Source: a virus. From it: 64,000 nt of DNA. Shown piece after piece: positions 9,251 to 17,494 of the stretch. The notes beneath the pieces were generated by a model. It was given only the letters and a program-made list of their open reading frames with translations, was not told the origin of the DNA and ran no database searches. Every line of letters starts with the position of its first letter. Position 1 is the stretch's first letter. Where the stretch lies: positions 18,157 through 82,156 of IMG/VR virus record IMGVR_UViG_3300031539_000009; one strand, 5' to 3'. A program made the position numbers and the translations under genes.

Positions 9251-9350
9251 TGCATTCTATTTTGCATGTATGAATTCAACCTTTTCAAACCCTTATGCAC
9301 TAACAACTGCATTCATTTTTTGCGCATTTTTGAATGCATTCCTTACTGCA
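9251..9350. promoter_or_regulatory. three TGCA-N8-TGCA boxes upstream of the nucleotide-metabolism operon
   Basis: TGCA pairs start at 9251/9263, 9296/9308 and 9335/9347. 9262-9336 is also a near copy of 19940-20014. Confidence 0.7.
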
Positions 9351-9363
9351 AAAACGTGTGTGT

Positions 9364-9407
9364 AAAAAGGGCCAGCACCCTGGTGTTGATCCTGGATGCT
9401 GGCCCTT
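9364..9407 (-). terminator. Rho-independent terminator ending the early region
   Basis: On the minus strand: AAGGGCCAGCATCC, loop, GGGTGCTGGCCCTT (14-bp stem with one G:U), then a T run, just after the stop at 9432. Confidence 0.8.
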
Positions 9408-9431
9408 GTCATCATTCACAGGTTGTCCAGC

Positions 9432-10487
9432 TTACTTTTTGCCCTTTTTCTTGGCCGCCGGTTTGGCCGCCGGTTTGGCCGCCGGTTTGGCCGCCGGTTT
9501 GGCTTCCGCTTTGGCCGCCGGTTTGGCTTTGGCCGCCGGTTTGGCTTTGGCCGCCGGTTTGGCCGCCGCCTTTTTCACCGGTGGTGTCGGTGAATCGACC
9601 ATGCTGATGTCGATGGATTTGGCCTTGACCATAGCAGCGATGTCGTTGGCCAGCTTTTCCTCATCCTTGGCCTCCAGGTCAATGACAGCGTGGGTGAACC
9701 AGCCATCCTTCCATTCCTTCTGGTTCCATGACTTCTTGGGCTGCCCGGCAACCTGAACGTCCATCTTGTCCATCCTGGTTTTGGGCCTGAAAGCGCAAAT
9801 GGTCCGGTCCCTTCCCTTGGGCGTTTTGAAGTACAGGCTGCAATACCCGGAAGGCAGCAAACGATCATGCAAATACAGCTGCCCCGCCTCAGCCTCATCC
9901 TTGGACGGTTTGACCTCGGTGCCCATCGAATTGGCAATGATTCCGGCCATGGCATGAATCCTGGGCATCATCACTTCCATCCGCTCTTGTCGCACGTTTT
10001 TCTTGGGTGGCTCAGGTTCAGCTTCCCCGGCCTCATCGCCGTCGCCGGAATCCTCGGTGGCCTCATCGCCGTCGCCGGAATCCTCGGCATCACCTTCCCC
10101 GGCCTCATCGCCGTCGCCGGAATCCTCGGTGGCCTCATCGGTGGCACCCTCTGCTGCCTCAGTTTCCTCAGTGGTGTCCTCGGTGGCATCCGATTCCTCG
10201 GTGGCATCCGTGGCATCCTCGGTGTCTTCTTCAACGCTTTCCGGCTCATCCTCGGTGGTGCCTTCCAGAATTGCCTTGCCCTTTTTCACGACCTCAGACA
10301 AATCCTGCTCGCCTACCCAATCGGGCAGCTGCGCATCAGACACGCCATCGGACAGGGCCACCGCTTTGACGGCCATGCAGTTGTCACGGAATCCGCACGG
10401 CTTTTCATCGGTCGCCGGATTGCCATCACATTCGTCACCAACCTCATGCATCCCTGCGCAAGCTGGCACTTTTTTCTCATCACTCAT
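9432..10487 (-). CDS. acidic low-complexity protein with an N-terminal 4-Cys motif and a histone-H1-like AAKP tail
   Basis: EDSGDGDEA repeats and a C-terminal (AAKP)n KKKGKK tail; GGAGG RBS. Confidence 0.75.
   Translation of the reverse strand: MSDEKKVPACAGMHEVGDECDGNPATDEKPCGFRDNCMAVKAVALSDGVSDAQLPDWVGEQDLSEVVKKGKAILEGTTEDEPESVEEDTEDATDATEESDATEDTTEETEAAEGATDEATEDSGDGDEAGEGDAEDSGDGDEATEDSGDGDEAGEAEPEPPKKNVRQERMEVMMPRIHAMAGIIANSMGTEVKPSKDEAEAGQLYLHDRLLPSGYCSLYFKTPKGRDRTICAFRPKTRMDKMDVQVAGQPKKSWNQKEWKDGWFTHAVIDLEAKDEEKLANDIAAMVKAKSIDISMVDSPTPPVKKAAAKPAAKAKPAAKAKPAAKAEAKPAAKPAAKPAAKPAAKKKGKK
9451..9570. repeat. 12/18-bp coding tandem repeat (AAKP / AAKAKP)
   Basis: Repeated ggtttggccgcc units. 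Confidence 0.9.
10024..10145. repeat. coding tandem repeat (EDSGDGDEA)
   Basis: Three copies of gcctcatcgccgtcgccggaatcctcgg. Confidence 0.9.
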
Positions 10488-10556
10488 CTTGTCACCTCCA
10501 TAGTTTTTTTTCGGTCTGTTGTTCCTGTTACACTTGTTTTTTGTGTTCCTGTACCC

Positions 10557-11255
10557 TTATTTGTTAAGCTGGATCACATCGTTGACCACCCCCCTGATTT
10601 TTATCAAAGACCAATTCACCTGATTCACAGTTAGCCCAAGCAAATTGGCTATTTCGACATTGCTGGTAAAATCCGGGTCAGGCGGTGTCACCTTGGCCAT
10701 GAACACTTTACCTTCCCAGCCCCCAAGCCTGTAAAGCACTTGCAATCTGAGCAGGGCTGTGATTTGATCTTCTTTGCTCCACTCATATGCCTGATCCGGG
10801 TTTGGCGTGGCATTCTCAATATACTCGCACAACACAGGGTCATCCAACATAGAACAATATGAACCTCTTGACCCCCTGACGTCACTTGTGGTGTCCGCCT
10901 TTTCAAGAATCACCTGCTCATTGTATGATGGAAGCTGCGGCCACGCCTTGTATTCCCACTCGCCGCTTTCATCATTTTGAAGCCATCCGTGTAACATCCG
11001 CTTTTGGGCCATTTCCTTCCCCAGCACTCCCTGGAGATGTCTCCAAATCACATTCCACGTGTACGTGGACACCTGGGACTTTTCCGCATCATACCTGCTG
11101 AGCGACTTCCATGCCGCAATCAGTCCCTCTTGTACCAAATCTTCAAAACCCAATATGGCTCCGACTCCACGATGATTCCATGCGTGTTTCCTTGCGCCCC
11201 GTCTTATGACCCTGTAATGCTCTTCAAACAACGCATCTGCTTCCACTTTTGCCAT
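10557..11255 (-). CDS. phage sigma-70-family RNA polymerase sigma factor
   Basis: Region-2 motif EDLVQEGLIAAWKSLSRYD...STY and a C-terminal HTH (SNVEIANLLGLTVNQV). Start placed at MAKV, 8 nt after GGAGG. Confidence 0.82.
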   Translation of the reverse strand: MAKVEADALFEEHYRVIRRGARKHAWNHRGVGAILGFEDLVQEGLIAAWKSLSRYDAEKSQVSTYTWNVIWRHLQGVLGKEMAQKRMLHGWLQNDESGEWEYKAWPQLPSYNEQVILEKADTTSDVRGSRGSYCSMLDDPVLCEYIENATPNPDQAYEWSKEDQITALLRLQVLYRLGGWEGKVFMAKVTPPDPDFTSNVEIANLLGLTVNQVNWSLIKIRGVVNDVIQLNK

Positions 11256-11274
11256 ATTCATTTCCTCCATTTGA

Positions 11275-11976
11275 TTATTTGTTATTTTGGTGGCCGCTGG
11301 CGTAATTGTCGGCAGCTTCCCGTATTTTTGCAAACATGGAATCTGTTATGGTCGGCCAGTGCTTCCCGGCCGCAACTCTCAAACTTCCGATGTCAACAAA
11401 CTCGCCACGCTTCTGGGCCATTTGGCATTCCTTTACCATCTCCCCAAACACCTTAGATGGTCGGTGCGCTTGGCAAGCAAAATAGAATTCGCACAACCCA
11501 GAATCGCACCCCGGACCGCCGCCCACGTCAGATGCTTCCTGTGAGAACTCGCCAAAACACTTTGGCTTCATGTCTTGATCCTTGACGTGTTCCGCCCACC
11601 CCAAAGCAGCCTGGAACACCTTGGTGATGTCTGGTGAATCCTTGAACATATCCGCCTTGTCCACCAGCCACATTAGATAGTCAGGCCGGTGAAGGGCCAA
11701 CCACTTCACGGTCGCAAATTGATGCTTCCCAAACTTGAATTCCATGTCGTGAATCGACACCGTTTGGGCCTGGACATTCACATCAGTTTTTCCACCTTCC
11801 CGGAATTTGAATTTGCGCTTCCACCTGACCAATGTCGTCTGGGCGACAACACCGATGATTACACCGGTCAAAACTGCCATCGTGGCAGACATGGTCCCCT
11901 CAAATATTCCTTCCCGGACCTTTCCGCCCGCTTCTTGCTGTTGTAGCATTTTCCTGATGTCATCTATTGAAGGCAT
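11275..11976 (-). CDS. hypothetical protein (FGKH/DUF3820-like motif plus a 4-Cys motif)
   Basis: FKFGKHQ...PDYLMWL and KCFGE...CDSGLCEFYFAC. Confidence 0.65.
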   Translation of the reverse strand: MPSIDDIRKMLQQQEAGGKVREGIFEGTMSATMAVLTGVIIGVVAQTTLVRWKRKFKFREGGKTDVNVQAQTVSIHDMEFKFGKHQFATVKWLALHRPDYLMWLVDKADMFKDSPDITKVFQAALGWAEHVKDQDMKPKCFGEFSQEASDVGGGPGCDSGLCEFYFACQAHRPSKVFGEMVKECQMAQKRGEFVDIGSLRVAAGKHWPTITDSMFAKIREAADNYASGHQNNK

Positions 11977-11977
11977 A

Positions 11978-12412
11978 TCAATTCCCCCTCTGGAATTTGG
12001 TCCTCACATCTTCTAAGCTGCCAGTGACCATTTTGTCCTCAACAACCTTTTCCAGTGCTCCAACACCCCAACCAACAGCCCCGTCCTTTTCCCAGGCCTG
12101 TTGAAATGAAACAACCATGTCCCGGTGCCACCCAATTCCATGCTCGCCGTTGGGCCTGATCTTCATGAATAACTCGGTGGCCCTCTGAACGTCAGACCCT
12201 TCCCCGATGGCGTGTATTTGCCACTCCCAATCCGGGTGATTCTTGAATACCCAATCCTGCCAAGCACGCACATCGTCTTTTGCCTCTTTCAGCCCGCAAC
12301 CGTACATTTGCTTGTAAATCTTGATTGCCACAATCGTTTGTTTTCTAAGTGCTTCAAACTTCCAACCTGTAGCATCCGCCAGCCTTGTTATCTTGTCTGC
12401 TTCTTGAAACAT
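11978..12412 (-). CDS. hypothetical protein with a ribosomal bL12 (L7/L12) C-terminal-like motif
   Basis: IVAIKIYKQMYGCGLKEAKDDV resembles the bL12 signature KIxxIKxxRxxTGLGLKEAKDLV. Confidence 0.65.
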   Translation of the reverse strand: MFQEADKITRLADATGWKFEALRKQTIVAIKIYKQMYGCGLKEAKDDVRAWQDWVFKNHPDWEWQIHAIGEGSDVQRATELFMKIRPNGEHGIGWHRDMVVSFQQAWEKDGAVGWGVGALEKVVEDKMVTGSLEDVRTKFQRGN

Positions 12413-12441
12413 TTCCTTGTCCCCTCTTGTGTGTTTCTTTA

Positions 12442-14478
12442 TTAGGCCATGAGGTATTTTATGATCATCTTGAAAAGCTTGGCCGGAAGATCACCCACGC
12501 TGTTGACCACGTCCCAGTCAGGGTAAAAATTCCGCACGTGATCGGTCTGAATTCCCAGCCCATAAACCTCGATGCCCGCATCAGATATTTCCTTGACCAC
12601 GTCCCTGGTGGCCTGATACTGCTTGTAATTGTCCCCAATGCTGACGTTGGGCTTTCCGTCGCTGAGGACTATCATGATCTTGCGGTGCTGGGGTTGAGCC
12701 GCCAGCCGCTTTGCCGTGTGCATGATCGCTTCTGAATCAACGTTGCAGCCGTTGGTGTCCATCATCGCAATCCTGGTCTTCACAGTGGCATTGAACTTTT
12801 CCCCGAACGCCTTGTGGGTGTAGTGGGTGATCCCAACAAATCTGTTGTAATATTTCATTTCCTCTTTGGGCTCATCCCACGCACTATATCCGGCCCGATA
12901 AGTGTGATGTCCGCAAATCTCGAAAGGAATGTTCAGGCCATTCAACGCTTCCGCAATCGCTATCATCCCGACCTTGGCGTGTCCAATCCTGTTATCACGA
13001 CCGCTCATGGACCCGCTCTGGTCAACCAGGATGCTCACGGCCACGTCCAACTTCTGTCCTGGCATCGTCTTGGTGAACACTCTTTTGTTTCCGGTCTTGG
13101 TGCTGTAAAGTGTGGAAGGATCAATTTGACCATTTTCCTGGTCGCCCACCCGGACCGCCTGAGCCTTGACCTTGAGCAGCGTGGTGAGTCTGGCCTTGAG
13201 TGCTCCGGTGGCCTTTCCCGCTTCCGTTTTGAGTCTGCTGTAGTGGTCCAGGGCTGCGCTGTCTGATGAGGTGTGGGTGCGAACGTCCCACTTGTCCCGG
13301 TCCAAAACCTTGGGTGAGGGGATGTGATCGTTGCTGCGCTTGGCCAACTCCATCGCCTTGGTCTTCAGTTCATCTTTGATCTTCTGCTTGAGATCGGTCT
13401 CAGTGGGCTTGGGCTGCTCTTTTTCCGCTTGCTCCAAGATGTCCAGTGCTTCCTGAGTGGCCTGGGGCATCCCATTCCCGCTGGCACCGCTCTCATCGCT
13501 GTTGGGATTTGAGGTGAAATCTTCATCGGTCCCCTTCCCCTTGCCGCTTCCGTCCTGGTCGCCGCCCATATCATCGCCATCGTGCTCTGCGGACAATCCG
13601 GCATCAACACCCTGGTCGCCGTCCTGCTCCTGCTCGGTGTCCTGCTCGGTGTCCTGGTCGCCGTCCTGGTCGCCGTCCTGGTCCTGGTCGCCGTCCTGGT
13701 CCGCTTCCCCTTTGCCGTCCTGGTCCTGGTCGCCGTCCTGGTCCTGGTCGCCGTCCTGGTCCTGGTCGCCGTCCTGGCCTTGTTCGTCTTGCTCGGTGTT
13801 TCCCTGTTCCTTGTCGCCCTGCTCCTGGTCGCCGCTTCCCTGATTCTGCCCCAACTCATCCTTGGCATCACTCAGTCTGCCCAAGATGTCAGTGACCAGC
13901 TGGTCAACGTCCGCCGGTGCCTCAACGGTTTTGGCCCGCTCTATTTCCGGCTGAATTTTGTCCAAGATCAGGTTGTATGACTCAGGAAGCCAGGAAGTGG
14001 ATCTGCCGGTGGCCCGGAAGGAAAGCCCAATGGCGATGATGTAGTTGGGGTTGGCCTGTCCTGGATTGGCGCTTAATTCTTTGACCAAATCGCTGGTGAG
14101 CCTATCATTCATGGTGTCCAGGTTGGTGGCCACTCCCGGATAACGTGCGCTGAGGCTGCGCTCTATTCTGGTGTCCTCGATGGCGTTGAAAAACACTTTG
14201 TATTTGGGGGTGGCCGCTCTCATGTAGTCTAATGGGGTGCGCTGTCCCTGGGCTTTCCAAATTTCCTCTTGCTCGATGTGGCCCCACTCGTGATCCAACA
14301 GACCTTCCATGACCGCCTGATCCGCCCCTTTGAACTTGTCTGCGTTGGCAGGAAGGTAGATGGTGGCCCCGTCAGTGGCGCAATTCAGCGTCTGGGTGTT
14401 GACGTGGACCGTGGCCCGCTTGCTGAACGTCCGGGCGATTTTTTCCCACTTGCTTTCCATGGTTCTTTTTGCTTTCAT
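12442..14478 (-). CDS. CobT-like vWA-domain protein
   Basis: N-terminal ATDG...LDHEWGH...NAIEDTRIE; acidic linker; MIDAS DQSGSM and SDGKP. Start moved to MKAK, downstream of the promoter and RBS. Confidence 0.88.
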   Translation of the reverse strand: MKAKRTMESKWEKIARTFSKRATVHVNTQTLNCATDGATIYLPANADKFKGADQAVMEGLLDHEWGHIEQEEIWKAQGQRTPLDYMRAATPKYKVFFNAIEDTRIERSLSARYPGVATNLDTMNDRLTSDLVKELSANPGQANPNYIIAIGLSFRATGRSTSWLPESYNLILDKIQPEIERAKTVEAPADVDQLVTDILGRLSDAKDELGQNQGSGDQEQGDKEQGNTEQDEQGQDGDQDQDGDQDQDGDQDQDGKGEADQDGDQDQDGDQDGDQDTEQDTEQEQDGDQGVDAGLSAEHDGDDMGGDQDGSGKGKGTDEDFTSNPNSDESGASGNGMPQATQEALDILEQAEKEQPKPTETDLKQKIKDELKTKAMELAKRSNDHIPSPKVLDRDKWDVRTHTSSDSAALDHYSRLKTEAGKATGALKARLTTLLKVKAQAVRVGDQENGQIDPSTLYSTKTGNKRVFTKTMPGQKLDVAVSILVDQSGSMSGRDNRIGHAKVGMIAIAEALNGLNIPFEICGHHTYRAGYSAWDEPKEEMKYYNRFVGITHYTHKAFGEKFNATVKTRIAMMDTNGCNVDSEAIMHTAKRLAAQPQHRKIMIVLSDGKPNVSIGDNYKQYQATRDVVKEISDAGIEVYGLGIQTDHVRNFYPDWDVVNSVGDLPAKLFKMIIKYLMA
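13612..13778. repeat. coding tandem repeat (DQDGDQ)n in the CobT-like linker
   Basis: Repeated gtcgccgtcctggtcctg units. Confidence 0.9.
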
Positions 14479-14518
14479 TTTCGTGTCCCCTTTTGTGTTT
14501 TTTCCGGCCATGTTTAAT

Positions 14519-14547
14519 ATCATAGCTGATCTTGAATGAAAAGGCAA
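14519..14547 (-). promoter_or_regulatory. sigma70-type early promoter for the cobT-like gene
   Basis: TTGCCT-17 nt-TATGAT on the minus strand, with A/T tracts upstream. Confidence 0.8.
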
Positions 14548-14652
14548 GAAAAAAAACACCCAAGGTCCAAACTTTTTTTACAATATCCATAAATCCAACA
14601 AGTTACAAGACAACTTTTTTTTGGTGTAGCCCGGTCTTTTAATAGGCCAAAA
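14523..14652. repeat. approx. 130-bp dispersed repeat, copy 1 (promoter module)
   Basis: Closely similar to 15968-16097. Confidence 0.9.
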
Positions 14653-14735
14653 CGTCGAAAGGACCAAAAACCACTTAACTTGTTGATTTTACTTAACATT
14701 TTCAATTCCCCATAAAATCAAGGACTTAGGGTGCT

Positions 14736-15914
14736 TTAGCACCCCATGATCCTCTGGATAACTCCATCCACGAACATCGCATCATCCTTGGACATCCGGT
14801 CCAAGATGGTGATCCTGGCGGCCAGGCGGATGTTGTTCAGCTTGATAGCTTTCCCGGCCCACTCGATCAGTCTGCGGGTTGAGCAGGTGCAATAACACTG
14901 CTCTTGTTCAAATGCTCCCCGAATGGCCTGGGCAACTTCAACCATCTTCTGGGCCATGCTATGATCGGCCCCGGTCTTGGACTTGACAATTTTGATCTCA
15001 ATGGACTTTTCAACATAATCGGCCTTGAGGACCACTCCGAACCTGTCCAGATATGCTTCATTGAGGACGTTGGTGCCGGTGTACAGGCCGGTGTCGTCGC
15101 CCCTTCCGATGGTGTTTGCGGTGGCCACAACCCGGAAATTGGGGTGTGGTTCTATGACTTCACCGTTGTTCCCGGTGAGAGTGAGCTTGCCGCCACGCTC
15201 CAGGACCGCCTGAAGGACAAAAAGGATATGGGGTTGAGCAGCGTCCATCTCGTCAAGCAACAGCCAATATCCTTTGCGCATCGCTTCCGGCAGCACGCCA
15301 TCCTTCCAGACCACAACGCTGTTTCCATTCTCATCCACGTCCAACACTTTTTCGCCGGTGAAATCAGCTGCCCGGATGTCGCCGTTGAGATTGACTCTGC
15401 GGACCGGCTGGTTGAGAATGCTGGCCAACTCCAGGAAAGCAGCCGACTTGCCGCAGCCCGTGGGTCCATGAACCAGCGTGTTGTCGCCCTCTTCAATTCC
15501 AACCGCCAAGACCGTGAAAACATCCATGTCAAGCTGATAATTTTCATCGTGGTCCGGGATGTATTTTTTGTCCGCTTCTGTTACATCCTTTCTGACGTAC
15601 AGGCTGGCCGGTCCGATCTGAAGTGGTGCGTCTGGGTTGAATCCGTTGTGATCGCCGTTGGCGCCGTCCTGAACTTCTGGCTGCTGAATAAGGTCGGTGG
15701 CGACCTTGGTGCGCTTGACACCCTTTTGGGCCTGGCTGACCCGCTGGCTTGCGTATTCTGATATGGTTGGTTCACCCGGATGCCTGAGGTTGTACTCGGC
15801 AACGTCGATTCCGTGGGCTGATTTAAGATGTACGCTGAGTTGGTGGTAATAACGTCCGCACTCTTTGCACTCAATTTTCACATTACCATTCTTGTCGATT
15901 TGTTTGAAGCTCAT
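14736..15914 (-). CDS. CobS/MoxR-like AAA+ ATPase with an N-terminal Ros/MucR-like zinc finger
   Basis: Walker A GPTGCGKS, Walker B LLLDEMD, ATANT and NEAYLDRF; N-terminal CKECGRYYHQLSVHLKSAHG. Start moved to MSFKQ. Confidence 0.9.
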   Translation of the reverse strand: MSFKQIDKNGNVKIECKECGRYYHQLSVHLKSAHGIDVAEYNLRHPGEPTISEYASQRVSQAQKGVKRTKVATDLIQQPEVQDGANGDHNGFNPDAPLQIGPASLYVRKDVTEADKKYIPDHDENYQLDMDVFTVLAVGIEEGDNTLVHGPTGCGKSAAFLELASILNQPVRRVNLNGDIRAADFTGEKVLDVDENGNSVVVWKDGVLPEAMRKGYWLLLDEMDAAQPHILFVLQAVLERGGKLTLTGNNGEVIEPHPNFRVVATANTIGRGDDTGLYTGTNVLNEAYLDRFGVVLKADYVEKSIEIKIVKSKTGADHSMAQKMVEVAQAIRGAFEQEQCYCTCSTRRLIEWAGKAIKLNNIRLAARITILDRMSKDDAMFVDGVIQRIMGC

Positions 15915-15963
15915 TTCGCTTCCCACTTTTGATTTGTATTTGGTTTTTTCGACCATGTATACA

Positions 15964-15992
15964 AGTATAGCTGATCTTGAATGGAAAGGCAA
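15964..15992 (-). promoter_or_regulatory. sigma70-type early promoter for the cobS-like gene
   Basis: TTGCCT-17 nt-TATACT. Confidence 0.8.
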
Positions 15993-16097
15993 GAAAAAAA
16001 TCGCCCAAGGACCAAACTTTTTTTACAAGATCCATAAAAACAATCATTTACTGGGCAACTTTTTTTTGGTGTAGACCGGCTTTTCAAAAAGGCAAAA
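15968..16097. repeat. approx. 130-bp dispersed repeat, copy 2
   Basis: Closely similar to 14523-14652. Confidence 0.9.
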
Positions 16098-16272
16098 GGT
16101 AAAAAGGGCCAAAATTGGCTTCCGGTGTGGATAGGTAGTGGGGTTTGTTTTTTGTGTCTAAACAGAATATTGCCGAATGGCTTGAAATTAAATACTTTTT
16201 TGTGAAAATTTGGTGTCATTATCACCGATTCCTTTTGATTATTGTCGGCCCGATTATGCGGACCAATTTTAC

Positions 16273-16301
16273 ATTATAACCTAAAATCAGCGACAAGGCA
16301 A
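16273..16301 (-). promoter_or_regulatory. third sigma70-type promoter
   Basis: TTGCCT-17 nt-TATAAT. Confidence 0.75.
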
Positions 16302-16303
16302 GG

Positions 16304-16332
16304 AAAAAATTACACCTCACAATGAAGTGTGG
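16304..16332 (-). terminator. possible terminator after the primase gene
   Basis: Minus-strand ACACTTCA-TTG-TGAGGTGT hairpin followed by a T run. Confidence 0.45.
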
Positions 16333-16350
16333 AAGGAATGTGGCCTGATG

Positions 16351-17343
16351 CTACAAATTTTTTAAGGTGTCGGTGATATAATCCAACTCAGCCGTCGCCG
16401 CCGGACGTGATTTCAACATGCATGCCTGTGCCTCTTTGCGACTCAAATCAGCCGGGTCACGGCCAGCCGGAAGCTCAATCAACTCAATCTCGAATAACGC
16501 CCCCAATGCTTTCGACACCTCCAACGATTTTTTATATGCGTCATCGTCCAACATGATCCTGACCTTTTCAATCCTGCTATCCAGAAGCAATGCCAATTGC
16601 CCGTCGCCCAAGGACTTCCCAAACAGCGCAATGGCATCAATTCCTGCCTGCCACAACTTCATAACGTCAAATGCGCCCTCGACCAAGGTGATCATATCAC
16701 TCTCACGACAATGGTCATAATTGAATAGCAAGTGGCTGAAGGACGCATCCGGTGGATTGAGATATTTTTTGTTAGATGTCCCGGTGACATCTCTGGCAAT
16801 AAAAGATCGGACCCCAGCGCAATGTACAGGTACAATCACACGCCCACCATAGCGTCCACCCTGGCACAACCCTAGTTTGAACCTCATCGCCGTCTTGACT
16901 TCAATTCCCCGGTCTTTGAGATAGATTGGCATGGCCGCCTTCATGGTCCGCTTATTGAATATGGGCTTGTATTGTTTCGGAAGGTCATGGCTGATAATCT
17001 CAGGATCAGGAATCACTCGGACCGCTGCGGTGTCAATCGCCCGTTTCAGGGCATCCAGGTCAGTGTCGGTCCCAAAAATCCTGACCCGCTCCCTGACAAT
17101 GCGCATCGCCGTCGCCCGGTCGCACGCCTCCACAGCCATAATGAATTGTAGCCCGTTGCACCCCCAATCGCACTTCCAGCACTTCCCCCTCTGCTTGGCC
17201 ACGCTGAAATCAAAGTGCTCCTGGTCCCCGCAATTGGGGCAATCCACGTTGAATTCCTTGTCGCTGGACATGTGCTTTCGATTGTTGACCGGGATGTTCC
17301 GCTCAATGTAATCTTCAAAGTCAAATCGAATTCTCAACGCCAT
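16351..17343 (-). CDS. DnaG-type DNA primase (Zn finger plus TOPRIM)
   Basis: CPNC...H...CWKC; GRVIVPV...ARD...KYLN; EGAFD; LDDD. Confidence 0.9.
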   Translation of the reverse strand: MALRIRFDFEDYIERNIPVNNRKHMSSDKEFNVDCPNCGDQEHFDFSVAKQRGKCWKCDWGCNGLQFIMAVEACDRATAMRIVRERVRIFGTDTDLDALKRAIDTAAVRVIPDPEIISHDLPKQYKPIFNKRTMKAAMPIYLKDRGIEVKTAMRFKLGLCQGGRYGGRVIVPVHCAGVRSFIARDVTGTSNKKYLNPPDASFSHLLFNYDHCRESDMITLVEGAFDVMKLWQAGIDAIALFGKSLGDGQLALLLDSRIEKVRIMLDDDAYKKSLEVSKALGALFEIELIELPAGRDPADLSRKEAQACMLKSRPAATAELDYITDTLKNL

Positions 17344-17406
17344 GTCCTCGCATGTATTTCGCCGCACATGTTGGCACGTTGTAAAATCCCATTACCTAAC
17401 ACACGC

Positions 17407-17484
17407 TGCATACGTCGATGCATGCAAATTTCCGCTGTTTCTGTCTGCAAAAACGTATGCATGTTTTGAGCATTTACCCGTGCA
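17407..17484. promoter_or_regulatory. TGCA-N8-TGCA boxes upstream of primase
   Basis: Pairs start at 17407/17419 and 17446/17458, with a degenerate pair at 17469/17481. CTGCAAAAACGT is shared with 9346-9357. Confidence 0.65.
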
Positions 17485-17494
17485 TGTTGGCATG

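Noticed and set aside
13612-13778. Tandem repeats here and at 9451-9570 and 10024-10145 as possible CRISPR arrays or iterons
   Set aside because: There are no unique spacers, unit lengths are multiples of 3, and they encode low-complexity protein linkers.
12442-15914. Cobalamin biosynthesis (cobS/cobT) as an auxiliary metabolic function
   Set aside because: No cobN or other cob genes are present, and MoxR/vWA pairs are general chaperone modules.
14520-16225. Two similar Cys-rich ORFs (14520-14705 and 15911-16225) sharing TPKKSC...CKKSL...FFSCL.IQDQL
   Set aside because: The similarity is explained by the duplicated promoter DNA they cross, and they overlap the -35/-10 boxes. Probably non-coding.
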